Shown one piece after another: positions 1 to 11,300 of a DNA stretch of 43,812 nt (its first letter is position 1; the number at the start of each line of letters is the position of its first letter). A program made the translations under genes and the position numbers. The stretch is from Hyphochytrium catenoides (taxonomy: Eukaryota > Protista > Hyphochytriomycota), in the NCBI GenBank assembly GCA_900088475.1, contig FLMG01003186.1, positions 1 to 43,812 of the forward strand, written 5' to 3'. Below the pieces are notes generated by a model, which ran no database searches, was not told the origin of the DNA, and was given only the letters and a program-made list of their open reading frames with translations.

Positions 1-1186
1 CTCTCTCTCTCTCTCTCCCTTCCTCTCTTCTCTGCTGTCGTCCCCTCTCCAGTTACATCTCTCTCTCTTTCGCTTCGATCCTGCTCAATATTTCCCTCTA
101 GTTCTACCTCTCTCTCTCTTCCTCACATCCTAGAAGACCACTGGTCCAAGATATTCATTCTTCTCGTTGATCGTCGCTCTATCTCCCTCTAACTTTCCTT
201 TTGTCTACCCCTCACTCTCCCTCCTCAAAACCGTGTCATCTTCTTCCTCTCTCTCTCTCTCTCCTTGCCTTCAGGTCCCTCCTCCCTCCATGTTGCCAAC
301 CATGGCAGGTGCTGTCCTCCTTGTATCTGGCTCTTGGAAGCTGCTCTTGATGAAGCTTCTCTTCCCCACATCATCGGCTGTCGCCTTGCTGCTGCCGCTG
401 TGTTGTTATTAGCAAGAAGGTCGCTTCTTTTCTTTCTTCTTCTGTCGAGGCTGCCGGCGTCATCATCAACCTGAGCTTGTGATATAAGATCATGGCCATT
501 GAGAGCGGAGGGAAGGTGGGACACCACTGCCGATCAACTCTTCGCTTGTCCTTTCCTATCGTTTCCTACCTCAGCACTCAATGATCAGCGCATGCTTTCT
601 AATAATAACACCCTGCTGCGACTCTATCTGGAGCTTTGACCACTGACCAGCAAACGGGTGATGATGATGCCCTGATGCCACTCGGCAGAACCTTAGATTT
701 GGGCATAACCCGCCCAGCGTCAACTGAAGATTTTGAAGCTCATTGTTCTTTTGTCACCACACTTCTGCTCTTCTTCGCAGTCCACAAAGTTCCACTTCTC
801 TTCCTCTCCTAGCGGCAGTGGAAAGAGACCCATTCTCTCGCACTGTTAGATAGTAAAAAGCTAGTGGCCGAGCAGGAAGATAAGGCAGTATTGAGTCTCG
901 ACTTGACGGTTGACTGGGGTTGAGGTGAGCATCGAGCGAAGACACGGAGAGTAGTTCTGAGGGAAACAGGACTGACGGTGGAGCATTACACGGACCGAGC
1001 AGCGCATAGGTCGTTTGTCTGTGGCTGGCGACCTTCAGTCTTTACTCACTTCTTCTTCTCGAGCTAGCATTTCTCACGCACTTCTCCCGGAAGTACTTCA
1101 AAGATTCAGAAGAACACTCTCCCGGTTGTCCTAGGAAGTGAGAGGTGGACGTGATGAAGAACTAGATATCATCCTGCCTTTCATCA

Positions 1187-2668
1187 ATGGCTAGCAGGAT
1201 AAGGCCTTCTTCTGCTGACCGAAGGAGCAAGGGCACCGTCAGTGACAAGAGTATGGCGACACTTGAGAGAAAGGATAACACTTCCCTTGTCTGCCCTTAC
1301 CCTTACATTGCCCCGGACTGCACAGAGACCTACGCTTCTGTCTGTGGGACTTACAAGGTGCAACAAGCCTTTAGTCTTCTCGCAGGGATCATCCTGCTCA
1401 GTTGTCAACTCTTTCAACTCTCCCAGGTGTACAAGCAGAGGAAAAGAGTAGGGGCTACACTCCACTTCATTGTATTCTCTCTCCTCTTGCTCTCTGCTCT
1501 GTGCATCTTCCTCAGAGGACTAGATCCTGCGGGATACGATGACACGATCCCTTTCTTTCTTATCAACCTCTTTGGGTACACAGCCAGCGCCGCTCTATAC
1601 ACGGTCAGCACTCTGATCATACTTCTTTGGGACACTCTAATTCGCTGCTACCAGAAACAGCTCTTCAAGGTCTCCAAATGGACTCTGTCTCTCTCTGTCT
1701 TTCTGGTCACAGCGATTCTGTCTATCCATTATGCCTTCGTAGTCGTCAAGTCAGCAGATCCAGTGGATGTGAAGCCGAACACTGCGGTTGGCCTAGAGAT
1801 TTCTCTCGTGGTTCTGGATGTCTTCTTTATCGTATACATCCTGCATCGAGGATTTGAGCTAGACTTCGTTGTCTCCAAGTATCAGCGTCAGTACGGGGAG
1901 AGAGACAGGAACACTCTTATTTCCTCTGATGAGACTACGGGAGGAGGAGATGGAAGTGGAAGAGGACAGAGGAGCACTCTAGATGGGTCCTTAAACCCTG
2001 AGGAGAATAGAAGCGGAGGAAAGGAGCAGAAAAGCTATTGGCAGAGAGCCGTGTCCCAGTTGAAGTTCTGGGCGTCCAACCTGATCGGTCCGCTCTACGT
2101 AGCGGTCATGCAGACCTCTAAAGTTGTAAAGGTCGTCCTGTCGCTGTGCTTTCTCTACGTAGTGGTCCTGGTGTTCGATGTCTATTCTCTCTGTCTGGTC
2201 CTGGCTTCAAGGCAAACCTCATATTGGAAAGCTTACAACTCCTGTGTGAGCAACCGTGATATGACCGTCTGTGCAGCCCGTTTTGAATGGGAGACGAGTA
2301 TCGTTTGGCAGATTGGCATGGTGATAACTTGCACCATAGTCTTCTGGGGTAAGTTTAAACCTCAAAGTCCAGACGGAGAGGAAGAAGGGGTTGTTGAGAG
2401 AGACGGTCAAAGAGGCGGAGTATTAGGAGCAACCGTACCCAAGAGGCCGAGGCTGAAGCAGGGTAAGGGAAAGGAATTGGAGAGTGGTATGACTGTGTTC
2501 TCCCTTGAAGGAGGGGGAATAGCTTCACAGTATGCCGCCATCCTTCGTTTGAGTCCTCAGATCTACGAAGTGGGGACGCCTACAGAGACTGAGGTGATTA
2601 CTGCTACAATGTATGGACTCTTCCCTGACAGAGACACTCCTCAGGAGGTGTCCTTGGGTCGCATGTGA
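1187..2668 (+). CDS. Intronless orphan seven-transmembrane (GPCR-like / THH1-TOM1-TOM3-like) membrane protein, 493 aa
   Basis: Long uninterrupted ATG-initiated ORF with seven hydrophobic segments (AFSLLAGIILL, HFIVFSLLLLSALCIFL, FFLINLFGY...LIILLW, WTLSLSVFLVTAIL, ISLVVLDVFFIVYIL, VVLSLCFLYVVVLVF, IVWQIGMVITCTIVFW). It has a long polar loop between TM5 and TM6, an LDPAGY motif after TM2 and a polar C-tail. Family call is tentative. Confidence 0.7.
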   Translation: MASRIRPSSADRRSKGTVSDKSMATLERKDNTSLVCPYPYIAPDCTETYASVCGTYKVQQAFSLLAGIILLSCQLFQLSQVYKQRKRVGATLHFIVFSLLLLSALCIFLRGLDPAGYDDTIPFFLINLFGYTASAALYTVSTLIILLWDTLIRCYQKQLFKVSKWTLSLSVFLVTAILSIHYAFVVVKSADPVDVKPNTAVGLEISLVVLDVFFIVYILHRGFELDFVVSKYQRQYGERDRNTLISSDETTGGGDGSGRGQRSTLDGSLNPEENRSGGKEQKSYWQRAVSQLKFWASNLIGPLYVAVMQTSKVVKVVLSLCFLYVVVLVFDVYSLCLVLASRQTSYWKAYNSCVSNRDMTVCAARFEWETSIVWQIGMVITCTIVFWGKFKPQSPDGEEEGVVERDGQRGGVLGATVPKRPRLKQGKGKELESGMTVFSLEGGGIASQYAAILRLSPQIYEVGTPTETEVITATMYGLFPDRDTPQEVSLGRM

Positions 2669-3708
2669 TCTAGATCACTAAGCACAGGTGCTCGAGACAC
2701 TAGGACAGACCATCAGCTTTGAAGATGTCAGTCTGATTTTCAACTATTTATTAATATACCAAGAGGAAAGTTCCTCGTTTTTCTATCACTCCTGGATGCC
2801 CCTTTCTGGCGGCCTTGAGAACAGAGGTCAGGATGAAAGCTATAGGAAGACTGCCGGAGTGGTATAGCAATAGCAGATAAAAAGGCTACTCTGAGTACTA
2901 TCGACTCACATGCCCTTAACTTCCTAGGAACATCCTCAGGCGGCGCTGCTACGCTGCGAAAGGCTCATAGCAGTAGCAAGGAGATTGCTGTCCCTCTTCA
3001 GCATGTTCTTAGCAAGAGATCCTGAGCTCAGAGTATTCACCTTCCGACCCCTTCCCCACGCTCTATAGTGCCACCCTAGACGAAGTGGAGGACTATCCTC
3101 GTTAGAGGTCTTTCCCGCTCCGCCTAAAGCCCTTAACAAAGCCCTGATCCCGAGACTATGGCTCTCTGCATCTGGCTTTGGCTAGGCCTGCTTCTACACG
3201 CAGCAATGACCCCAACGAGCCCGCTTCCTCATAACTCAGAGAGTATTGACCTCTGAGAAGCACCATGAAGCCCATGGCTGCACGCACGCCCATCATTATC
3301 ACAGGTCAGAGGCACCGATGAGCCCACGACGGAGGAGCTTTGAGAGTCCAATAACTTCTGCATTCCCTCAGACTTTGCCGCATCCTCCAACCCGAATGTT
3401 AGAGGTATCTCATATTAGTGATCCGAACCTATAAGCGGTAGATATTCGGCCTTAATATATAGAGTTATTCTGGATCAGCTCAATGTAAGAGTGAAAGAAC
3501 TTGAAGGTTTCGTTCGGAATCTTTTTTTGATGGCTTCTGAGCGCTTGCTGATGAAGGTCTCCAGACCAGTACAAAGAGCCAGACAGGAGACAGAAGAGAG
3601 CTTTCCAGAGCCCTCACAGAGTTCGTTTGGCGCTCTAGCGAAGCTGAAAAGAGAAAGCGGGGTACAGAGCGGGCGTCAGGCATATATTGAGCTTATCACC
3701 GTGGTACA

Positions 3709-4983
3709 ATGTTGCTTCGCGGGGCCAGACAGCAGCTGCGGAAGGGCGGAGCCTTCCTCAGCCGGAACAAGTCCACGGTTTCCATTTTCAAGGATGTTCC
3801 TATGGGACCTCCAGATCCCATCCTTGGCCTTACAGAGGCCTTCAGGAAAGACTCTGACCCTCGGAAGGTGCTGTTAGGCGCAGGGACTTACAGGACAGAT
3901 GAGGGCAAGCCTTATGTCCTCCCATCAGTCGCTACAGCGGAGAAGCAGTTAGTTGAGGAAAGAGGATACAAAGAGTACGCCCCAATTCACGGACTGCAGG
4001 ATTTCATTGATGTCTCCCTGAAGTTCGCTTATGGCGATGAATCCGCACCCCTGAATGAGAAGAGACTTGCAGCCGTGCAGACCCTGTCTGGGACTGGTGC
4101 CTGTCGCCTTCTAGGAGAATTCTATGCCAAGTTCTATGGCAAGAACTATCCAATCTACATGCCAAACCCTACCTGGGGCAATCACATCCCTATTATGAAA
4201 AATGCAGGCCTAGATGTACGCAAGTATGCATACTATGACCCTAAGACCAAGGGACTCGACTTTGGCGGGATGATCAAGGATATCAGACAGGCTCCGGAGA
4301 AATCTATTTTCTTACTTCACGCATGCGCCCACAATCCCACAGGAGTCGACCCTAATCTAGCCCAATGGCAGGAGATCTCTTACGAGATGATGGCCAAGGG
4401 GCACATTGCCTTCTTTGACTGCGCCTATCAGGGCTTTGCGAGCGGTAATGCCGATGACGATGCCGCTGCGGTGAGGATGTTCGTGAATGAGGGCCATCAG
4501 ATCGCTCTTGGACAATCCTTCGCTAAGAACTTTGGCCTCTATGGAGAAAGAGTGGGGGCACTAAGCTTCGTCTGCCAGGACAAGGAAGAGGCTCAGCGAG
4601 TACTCTCTCAGCTGAAGCTCATCATCCGACCAATGTACTCTAACCCTCCTGTACACGGTGCCAAGATTGTCACAAAAATCCTGAATAACGAGAAGCTTAC
4701 CGCGCAGTGGCACGAAGAGTGCGCGGGTATGGCTAACCGCATCATCTCGATGAGGAAGCTTTTGAGGGAAGACTTGGAGAAGACGGGCTCTCAGCTGAGC
4801 TGGGAGCACATCACTGATCAGATTGGCATGTTCTGCTTCACAGGCCTGACTTCACAGCAGGTTGACCGTCTGCGAAATGAGTATCACATCTATATGACAC
4901 AGGACGGCAGAGTTAGCATGGCTGGAGTGAACTCTAGCAATGTCGGCTATATTGCTGAAAGCATCCACGCAGTCACAAAGTAA
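3709..4983 (+). CDS. GOT2: Aspartate aminotransferase, mitochondrial (PLP-dependent class I), intronless
   Basis: Hallmark AAT motifs PPDPILGL, GAGTYRTDEGKPYVLPSV, QTLSGTGA, PTWGNH, HACAHNPTGVDP, FFDCAYQGFASG, QSFAKNFGLYGERVG (PLP Lys), IRPMYSNPP and QIGMFCFTGL. The Arg-rich, acid-free N-terminus MLLRGARQQLRKGGAFLSRNKS fits a mitochondrial presequence. Confidence 0.96.
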   Translation: MLLRGARQQLRKGGAFLSRNKSTVSIFKDVPMGPPDPILGLTEAFRKDSDPRKVLLGAGTYRTDEGKPYVLPSVATAEKQLVEERGYKEYAPIHGLQDFIDVSLKFAYGDESAPLNEKRLAAVQTLSGTGACRLLGEFYAKFYGKNYPIYMPNPTWGNHIPIMKNAGLDVRKYAYYDPKTKGLDFGGMIKDIRQAPEKSIFLLHACAHNPTGVDPNLAQWQEISYEMMAKGHIAFFDCAYQGFASGNADDDAAAVRMFVNEGHQIALGQSFAKNFGLYGERVGALSFVCQDKEEAQRVLSQLKLIIRPMYSNPPVHGAKIVTKILNNEKLTAQWHEECAGMANRIISMRKLLREDLEKTGSQLSWEHITDQIGMFCFTGLTSQQVDRLRNEYHIYMTQDGRVSMAGVNSSNVGYIAESIHAVTK

Positions 4984-5358
4984 GAAGGGACAGCGAGGAA
5001 AAGAGGATAGGAGCTACTAACTGCATCTCCACAGTCTTTGACATGGGAACGATGTGGCTTGATAATAAAAATTAGATCTAAGAACCATTGGTCATGGCAC
5101 CCATCCTATTCAGACTGCCCTCTTTCCCAGCTTGTCAAGGCAGGCATCTTCTAAACAAGAGCCGAACATAATCAGTAGTAAGCTTGGATAAGGAACAGCC
5201 TAGAGCGCCTGGTAAATGTTTTGAATGATTGTATAGCCAGAGAGCTATAGACGGACAGTAAGGTCAATCAGAGGACCAAGAAGGTCGGGTCTTGCAGTCT
5301 CGACTCTCTTCCAGCCGGAGTTAGCCAAAAAACAGTGATAAATAGCACTGTGTAGATC

Positions 5359-8300
5359 CTATTTATCTTCCTGAAGTTTAAAGGGTGCAGTGAAGCCTGA
5401 TGACAGTCGAGCTTGGAGGCCCAGATGACGTAGGTATGAAGAGGAAGTAAGGCGCGAGAGATCCAGAAGAAACTGCTCGTTCTCTCGCATCAGTTGTCGT
5501 TCTTCTCTCTCATCCCGCTTTCCGAAGTGGAAGTGAGCTGCCGCCGGTGCCACGTCCTGCTTTGATGAACCGGCAGAGGAAGGAGGAGCATCGACGTTGG
5601 GCTCCACATCGCTCATTGACAGTGCCATAGCCTAGAAAAGGCAATAAGTTCAGTATGATTAGGGATAAGATTCTTTACGGAGAACTAGGGAGGGAAGTAG
5701 GACTAAACGAGATGACAGAAGCTCTTTCCAGCTGTTCGCCCTCACCTTCGCCAGGGACATTTCTTCATCGACATCGCTTTCCACCTCATGTCCTTCTGGT
5801 GCAGGGCCTGTCAAAGAGTGGGAAGCAGTAGTTAGATGGCTGGAGAGGTATGCCTATCCCTTGTCAGTAGCTATTTACCACCGTCTCTTCTTGGCGACTG
5901 CATCTCAGTCTTAGCTTGTACCAACTTTCCTACCACTTATTCTTCTCAGTCTCTACTTGTGAGCCCTTACCAACTTGCAGTTCTTCTCCACTGAGTCTCT
6001 TATAGAAGAGGATGTATGCCGAGTCCGATATAGAGGTTCGCATCGTGGTTTGAATATCTTCCCAGCTTGTTACCGTGATCTTCAGGAGATAGCACCCGAA
6101 GGATTGCCGGAAGTTAGCACAGTGAAGGTTAAGACAGTGCTGCATAGAAAGAATAGTAATAAAACAAAGGAGACCAGCCGAGAGAATGGGCGACTACCAA
6201 TACGCAGACACAATGGAATACCTGGGTTGGAGGCTAAGATACGTTAGACGATGGACAAACTCACCATTGCATCGTTGAACTTTAACCAAGGAGCGTCACC
6301 AGCCTCCTCCTTATGCAACCCTAAACTATTACTGTGCCGGGCGTAGGCGTAGTAGTGCCCGGAATTGGCCGAAGCTCCATTATGCACAACAATAGCGTAT
6401 AAACCATATGTCCGACTATATCCAGCCGCCGCTCCAGCCTCAGTTAGATGAGGACTCAGCGCCTTGGGAACCTTGTAAAGGCATTTAGTACGACTGTGAT
6501 GGCTAAGGAATCCTAGTTCGTTTTATCCATCATAACTGTCACAGAATCCTCCTTTCTTCAGGGTCAAGCCCACTTGGAGGTTCTCCTGATAGTCTCTCCT
6601 TCTCGCGTCTGATAACGGCACCCTACACATGTCTTACCTCTGGTAGCGTTAATCGGGGGTCAAACTTGACGTGGTGCAAAATCTTCATCGCTCTATTCTG
6701 CTTCCAATCGTACCACATCCGCTTGATAGTCATGATTAGGTGTAGTGGAGGTTCAGTAAGGATGGTGCGGGTCTCGAAGGCTGAGAGTTGGGAACATGAT
6801 GAGCACTGCAGTTTGTTCTCTCCTCCTAGCACTCTTGGCGATACGAGACGGGCCAGTAAGGAATCCACCGTATGACAGGAGACCTAGAAGAAGCGCAGTC
6901 GCTTGGGTAAGCAGTCCTAATCACCTCCGTTTGTTTTTCCATTTTGCTGGTGACTCCCGTACGGCCCTATTGTCTAACTTCTTTCATGAAAACTGACTAC
7001 TCCTATTAGCTGCCTCTATACTATCCTTAGCAAGAGTTAGGGGCATGACTACAGTGTCTCTGCTCCATCCCTCAGCCTACGTACCCTCTCTGAGAAGAGT
7101 TCCTTTCCGTCTTGCCATTCGGTGCCAAAGTCCCTCTTAAAAGCTATCTGAACATAGTTGTCCTTCACAATATTCCATTCACCCTGCTCATGACCCTGGC
7201 TCCACCAGCCTACATAGTCCATTAGCATAGATGGCCACATAGGAGGTTGTAGATCAAAGACAATCTATAAGGGATAGAGATTGAACCAGTACATCAAGTG
7301 GATTGTCCAGAGGACTCAACGCTTACTACAGGATGGCAGTGTTTTCGAATGTAAGATGATGTCGTGAGAGTAGTAAATGAGCAAGAATGATCTCCATTAC
7401 TTCCTACCTTTTGCCATTGAAAAGCCAGAGTCAAAGGCAAACTCACATGGGAATCGCACCTCGGTCCGGTTTTGTTCTCCTGCTACTCAATTTTAGCAGT
7501 GAGAGACATGCTCAGAAAAGTAGAACTCGAGGAAACCCTCTCTCAACGCTAACGAAACTTAAAGCGTAACAAAAGACGACCTCTGAGAACAAATGTCTTA
7601 CCCCATAATCCTGTAAAGGTAGATCCTTCGCCGCCAGCACCGTCCTGTCCTGCCAGGGGCGTCAATACGCCAATTATCTTTCCTGGCATATAACCTTGGG
7701 CGACAGAGTCATATGTGCCCTCCAAGATTCTGCCCTCCGCTCTCTCTACGGCATACAATTGAAGGATGCCGACGCTGCTTGGGTATTGTCCGTTCAGCGG
7801 ATGAGGCATAGGAGGTCTCTCAAGTGGGGCTCGCCTAGAGACGCAAAGTACAGGTCGTTCGAGACACCCAGGGGAGGGTTAGTGACGATATAGAAAGAAT
7901 CGAAGAGGCTAAGAGCGGCATAGATGGATCAGAGATAAGAGAGGCCCTCACCTATAGCAGAGATACAACCCTTTTCCTCCAGCCCCCGAGTTCAAGTTCG
8001 CATCCATCCCTAGTGGAGTCTGAGAAAGTTTCGTGAAGCCGGGTGGCAGAGTCTAAAGGAGCATGAAATGAAGGTTAGCAACCTGCAAGACTTAGAAATG
8101 AGGGTACGTCAATTTTCACTCCCAGGACAGAGTGCCAAAATAAGTTCATTTTGACGAAGGGTAAGGAAATTCTCCTCCCACAGACGCTCATCAACATACT
8201 GTGTGGCTTTTGGTAGACTATCCAGTTCCATACCTCCTTCTCAGGCCAAATGATAGAGATGTCCATAATGTATTCGGATTGCTTCTTAGAAGCAGAATTT

Positions 8301-11300
8301 AACGACGACTTCCCTTCCACCCCTCCGTGTTGTTGCTCTGCCCTCCGATAACAAATAAAGATGGGTATGCCTGAAGTGCCTGCATTAAGATTAGCGCTCT
8401 CTCCTCGAGGCGTCTCGTAGACAGGGATAAACCCTTCCGGCGGTGTATCTATTTCTCCAAAAAAGATCTATTCATATGAGAGCCGACGCATTAAAGGCCG
8501 ATAGCGACGAACCCAGAGAAAAAGTATGGAAGAGCACAAGATACAGTGAAGAAGTGACAAAATGCTATTTCTAAAATGCTGGTAAGCGAGGAGTAGACAG
8601 GGTCGTTGTTGCTAGTTCATTGAGGCCCAGAACTAGTATGACTGGGACCAGATCGTGGCTAAGGCACTGTTCAATTTAGAAGCGCTGAGGACAGGAGTTC
8701 GGGTTACTGACCCCTAGATCCTGGATAGGAACTCCATCTGCGCTCCTCTGGACACACACGTATAGCGATTCGCCCCCTGAGTACAAGGAAAAGAGTGTTA
8801 CTTATTTAGTAAGACTGAGAGGAAGAAGGGCACCCAGACAATGGGGAGAATAAAGCTACGAAGCAAAAGGGTGCAGCTTTGGATAAGTTGGTCTCAAAGA
8901 ACAGAGCCATACCCTCATTGACATCTCCCGAGGCACCGCCCACAGTTGTCTTAATGACTTCGAAACCCTTCGGCACAGGGTCTGCTCCCTTGATGACGGA
9001 AACTGCAGTGACAGGAGGCTTAAGAGACACTTCCTGTAGGTAGGAAGAACGGGGGGAACGCAGCTGTCAGTAAGAGAGAATCTGACAGCGAGAATAGAAT
9101 GACAAGCCAAGAGCCCACCAAGATAGCTATAACAACTAATAGGGATAAGTATGCTTGAGTTGAGAAGCTGTCTTTGATTAGCAAACCTTGGTACTTTGTT
9201 GGGCGGCTATAACCGCACTCTGCTGCGTCGCCACGTCATAATATCTTCCTTCCAGCAGTACCAAGTTATCTTGCAGCCGCATGCGGAAGCGAAGGCCCTG
9301 TGCCACATGCGTCAAGGGGGAGAAGTCAGAAGGCATAAGGAAGGACTGACAATGAAGACAGTTGATCCGATACTTAGAGTCTACTCAGACAGTGATGTTA
9401 GAAGTGATGATGGTAGGCGATTCAGGAAAGAAGGGTTTGCTCGATAGCATAAAAAGAAACAACACTTACTTGTGGCCTTTTGGACTTGTCGTCAGTCCAT
9501 GTTCCAATCATCTCCCACTCCCGTGGCTGGATGGACATTGCCACTCCCCTGATCTTTGCATTTGTTCTTCCAGCCAGGGAGCCTACACCATACCCCTCAA
9601 GAGTGAACCCTAATTCCAAGCTAATGAAGGTGGAAGAATATAGTGGAACAATCGAAGCGAACACGGATAACAAATCGAAAAAAGATCAGGCGAATAGAAC
9701 ACAGATGTTACCTTGGAAGTGAATGGCCACTCCTTTGCTAATCTCATTAGTAAACTTAACCACTCTTCGATTTCGCTCGGCCTTTTCGTCACCTGGACAA
9801 ATGAAGAATAAGAATCAAAGCAAAGATGGGCAAAGTCTTTGCACAGTAACGCCGGCCCCGTAATAAAGAAGGCCATGTCGGCGAAAGGTCCAAAAAGGGA
9901 AGTAAAGCAGGTGATCTACTGCTTTTCCGGAAGGTGGTTTGATGACCTACTTCTCCAATTTCCAAGAACATCTGCCGGCCCAGCAGGCTGCACAACGTCA
10001 ATCCACTCGTACTCTTGATACTTTGGGATCTTGCGTGGTGCCCTGAAGACGTCGATTACGTAGAGGGGGCAGCCACTCCCTGTCATGGTAAAGAGGAGAT
10101 AAGACGGCCTAGATTGAGTCCTTCTGTACGAAAAGAACCCGTACGCGGAAGGATCAAGATACTGATGGAGATTTGTAAGACAAAATGCGCCTTTGGCCCA
10201 GCGAAAGCGGGAGGAAAAATGGGCACCAACCTCTTCTGACAGCCAGAAGTTTTCCCTCCTGAGTCTTTGGACCGATGACCTCAAAGCCATCCTGCCTTGC
10301 CTTTGGTACCTCCTCAGATGCGAGCAACCGAATATCAGTGATTGGGGCCTCTTGGCCTCCGTCAGAGTAGGAGAGGTATAGCTGATCGCCTGTTTTGGCA
10401 GCGTTAGGGAGCTGGCAGTGAAAAATCTATCGCTGAACGGCGTTAAGCCCCACTTATCGATCCCCAAAAGGTACTTAGCAAATTATGGGCGCAATCGCTA
10501 CAGAGAAAGTGCAAGAGGGGTTGACTGCTACCCAGGAGGTGCCAATGCCGGGCTTGGACAGAAAGAAAAATCCCTGTGCTTGAAGTGTTACTTTACCAGG
10601 GTGAAGATTAACATTGTCGTGCACTATCTTGTAGCCTGGCAATCCCTCCCGAACCGCCTTGAGGTCACGAATGGGTAGATCTGAGCGGTAACAAAGGAAG
10701 ACTTTGGTGCCTAGCCCGAGAAAGAGAGCACAAGCGGTAGAGGTGGCAGTTAGTAAGTCAAGCATCTCATAACGACGACGGAGGAAGTGAGTGCCTATAC
10801 TAGGGATAAGCCCTAAGACAACCTAACAGTCTTCATTTTTAGCCTCTTATCTACCTCAGCCTCTACAAGAAGGGGTTCGCATACCTTGACCTTGGTTGAG
10901 GTCGACTCGAACTTGTCTGAACCCATCTGGCACTTGCTGGTCCCCAAAGATGACCTGCAGGTATGGATGTTAATGTGTGAGGCCCTAAGTCTATAAGCGA
11001 GGCTACACGGGTGGTGATGGATAGAATAGGCTTACAATCTAGCGACACTACCTGAATGTCCGTGATCGGGGACTCCCTATTACTCCGTCTAAAGAAGAGG
11101 TAAACCTGATCTGCAATGCTACAGTGAATAAGGACAAGGGTGACGTTGATTAGAAATTGGAAGGTGCAAAGAGACCTAGTCGTAAGCCCTGAGATTGGGC
11201 CGATTACCGTCCTCCTTGGTTTATATTAGTCCGGATACATTCATAACCTGAGAGCAATGGGACCGGATCCCCGGATTTGGCTGTTTTGATGGCTATCTCT

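Noticed and set aside
167-945. Short ORFs at the window start
   Set aside because: No recognisable motifs or convincing splice model; overlaps CT-rich low-complexity sequence.
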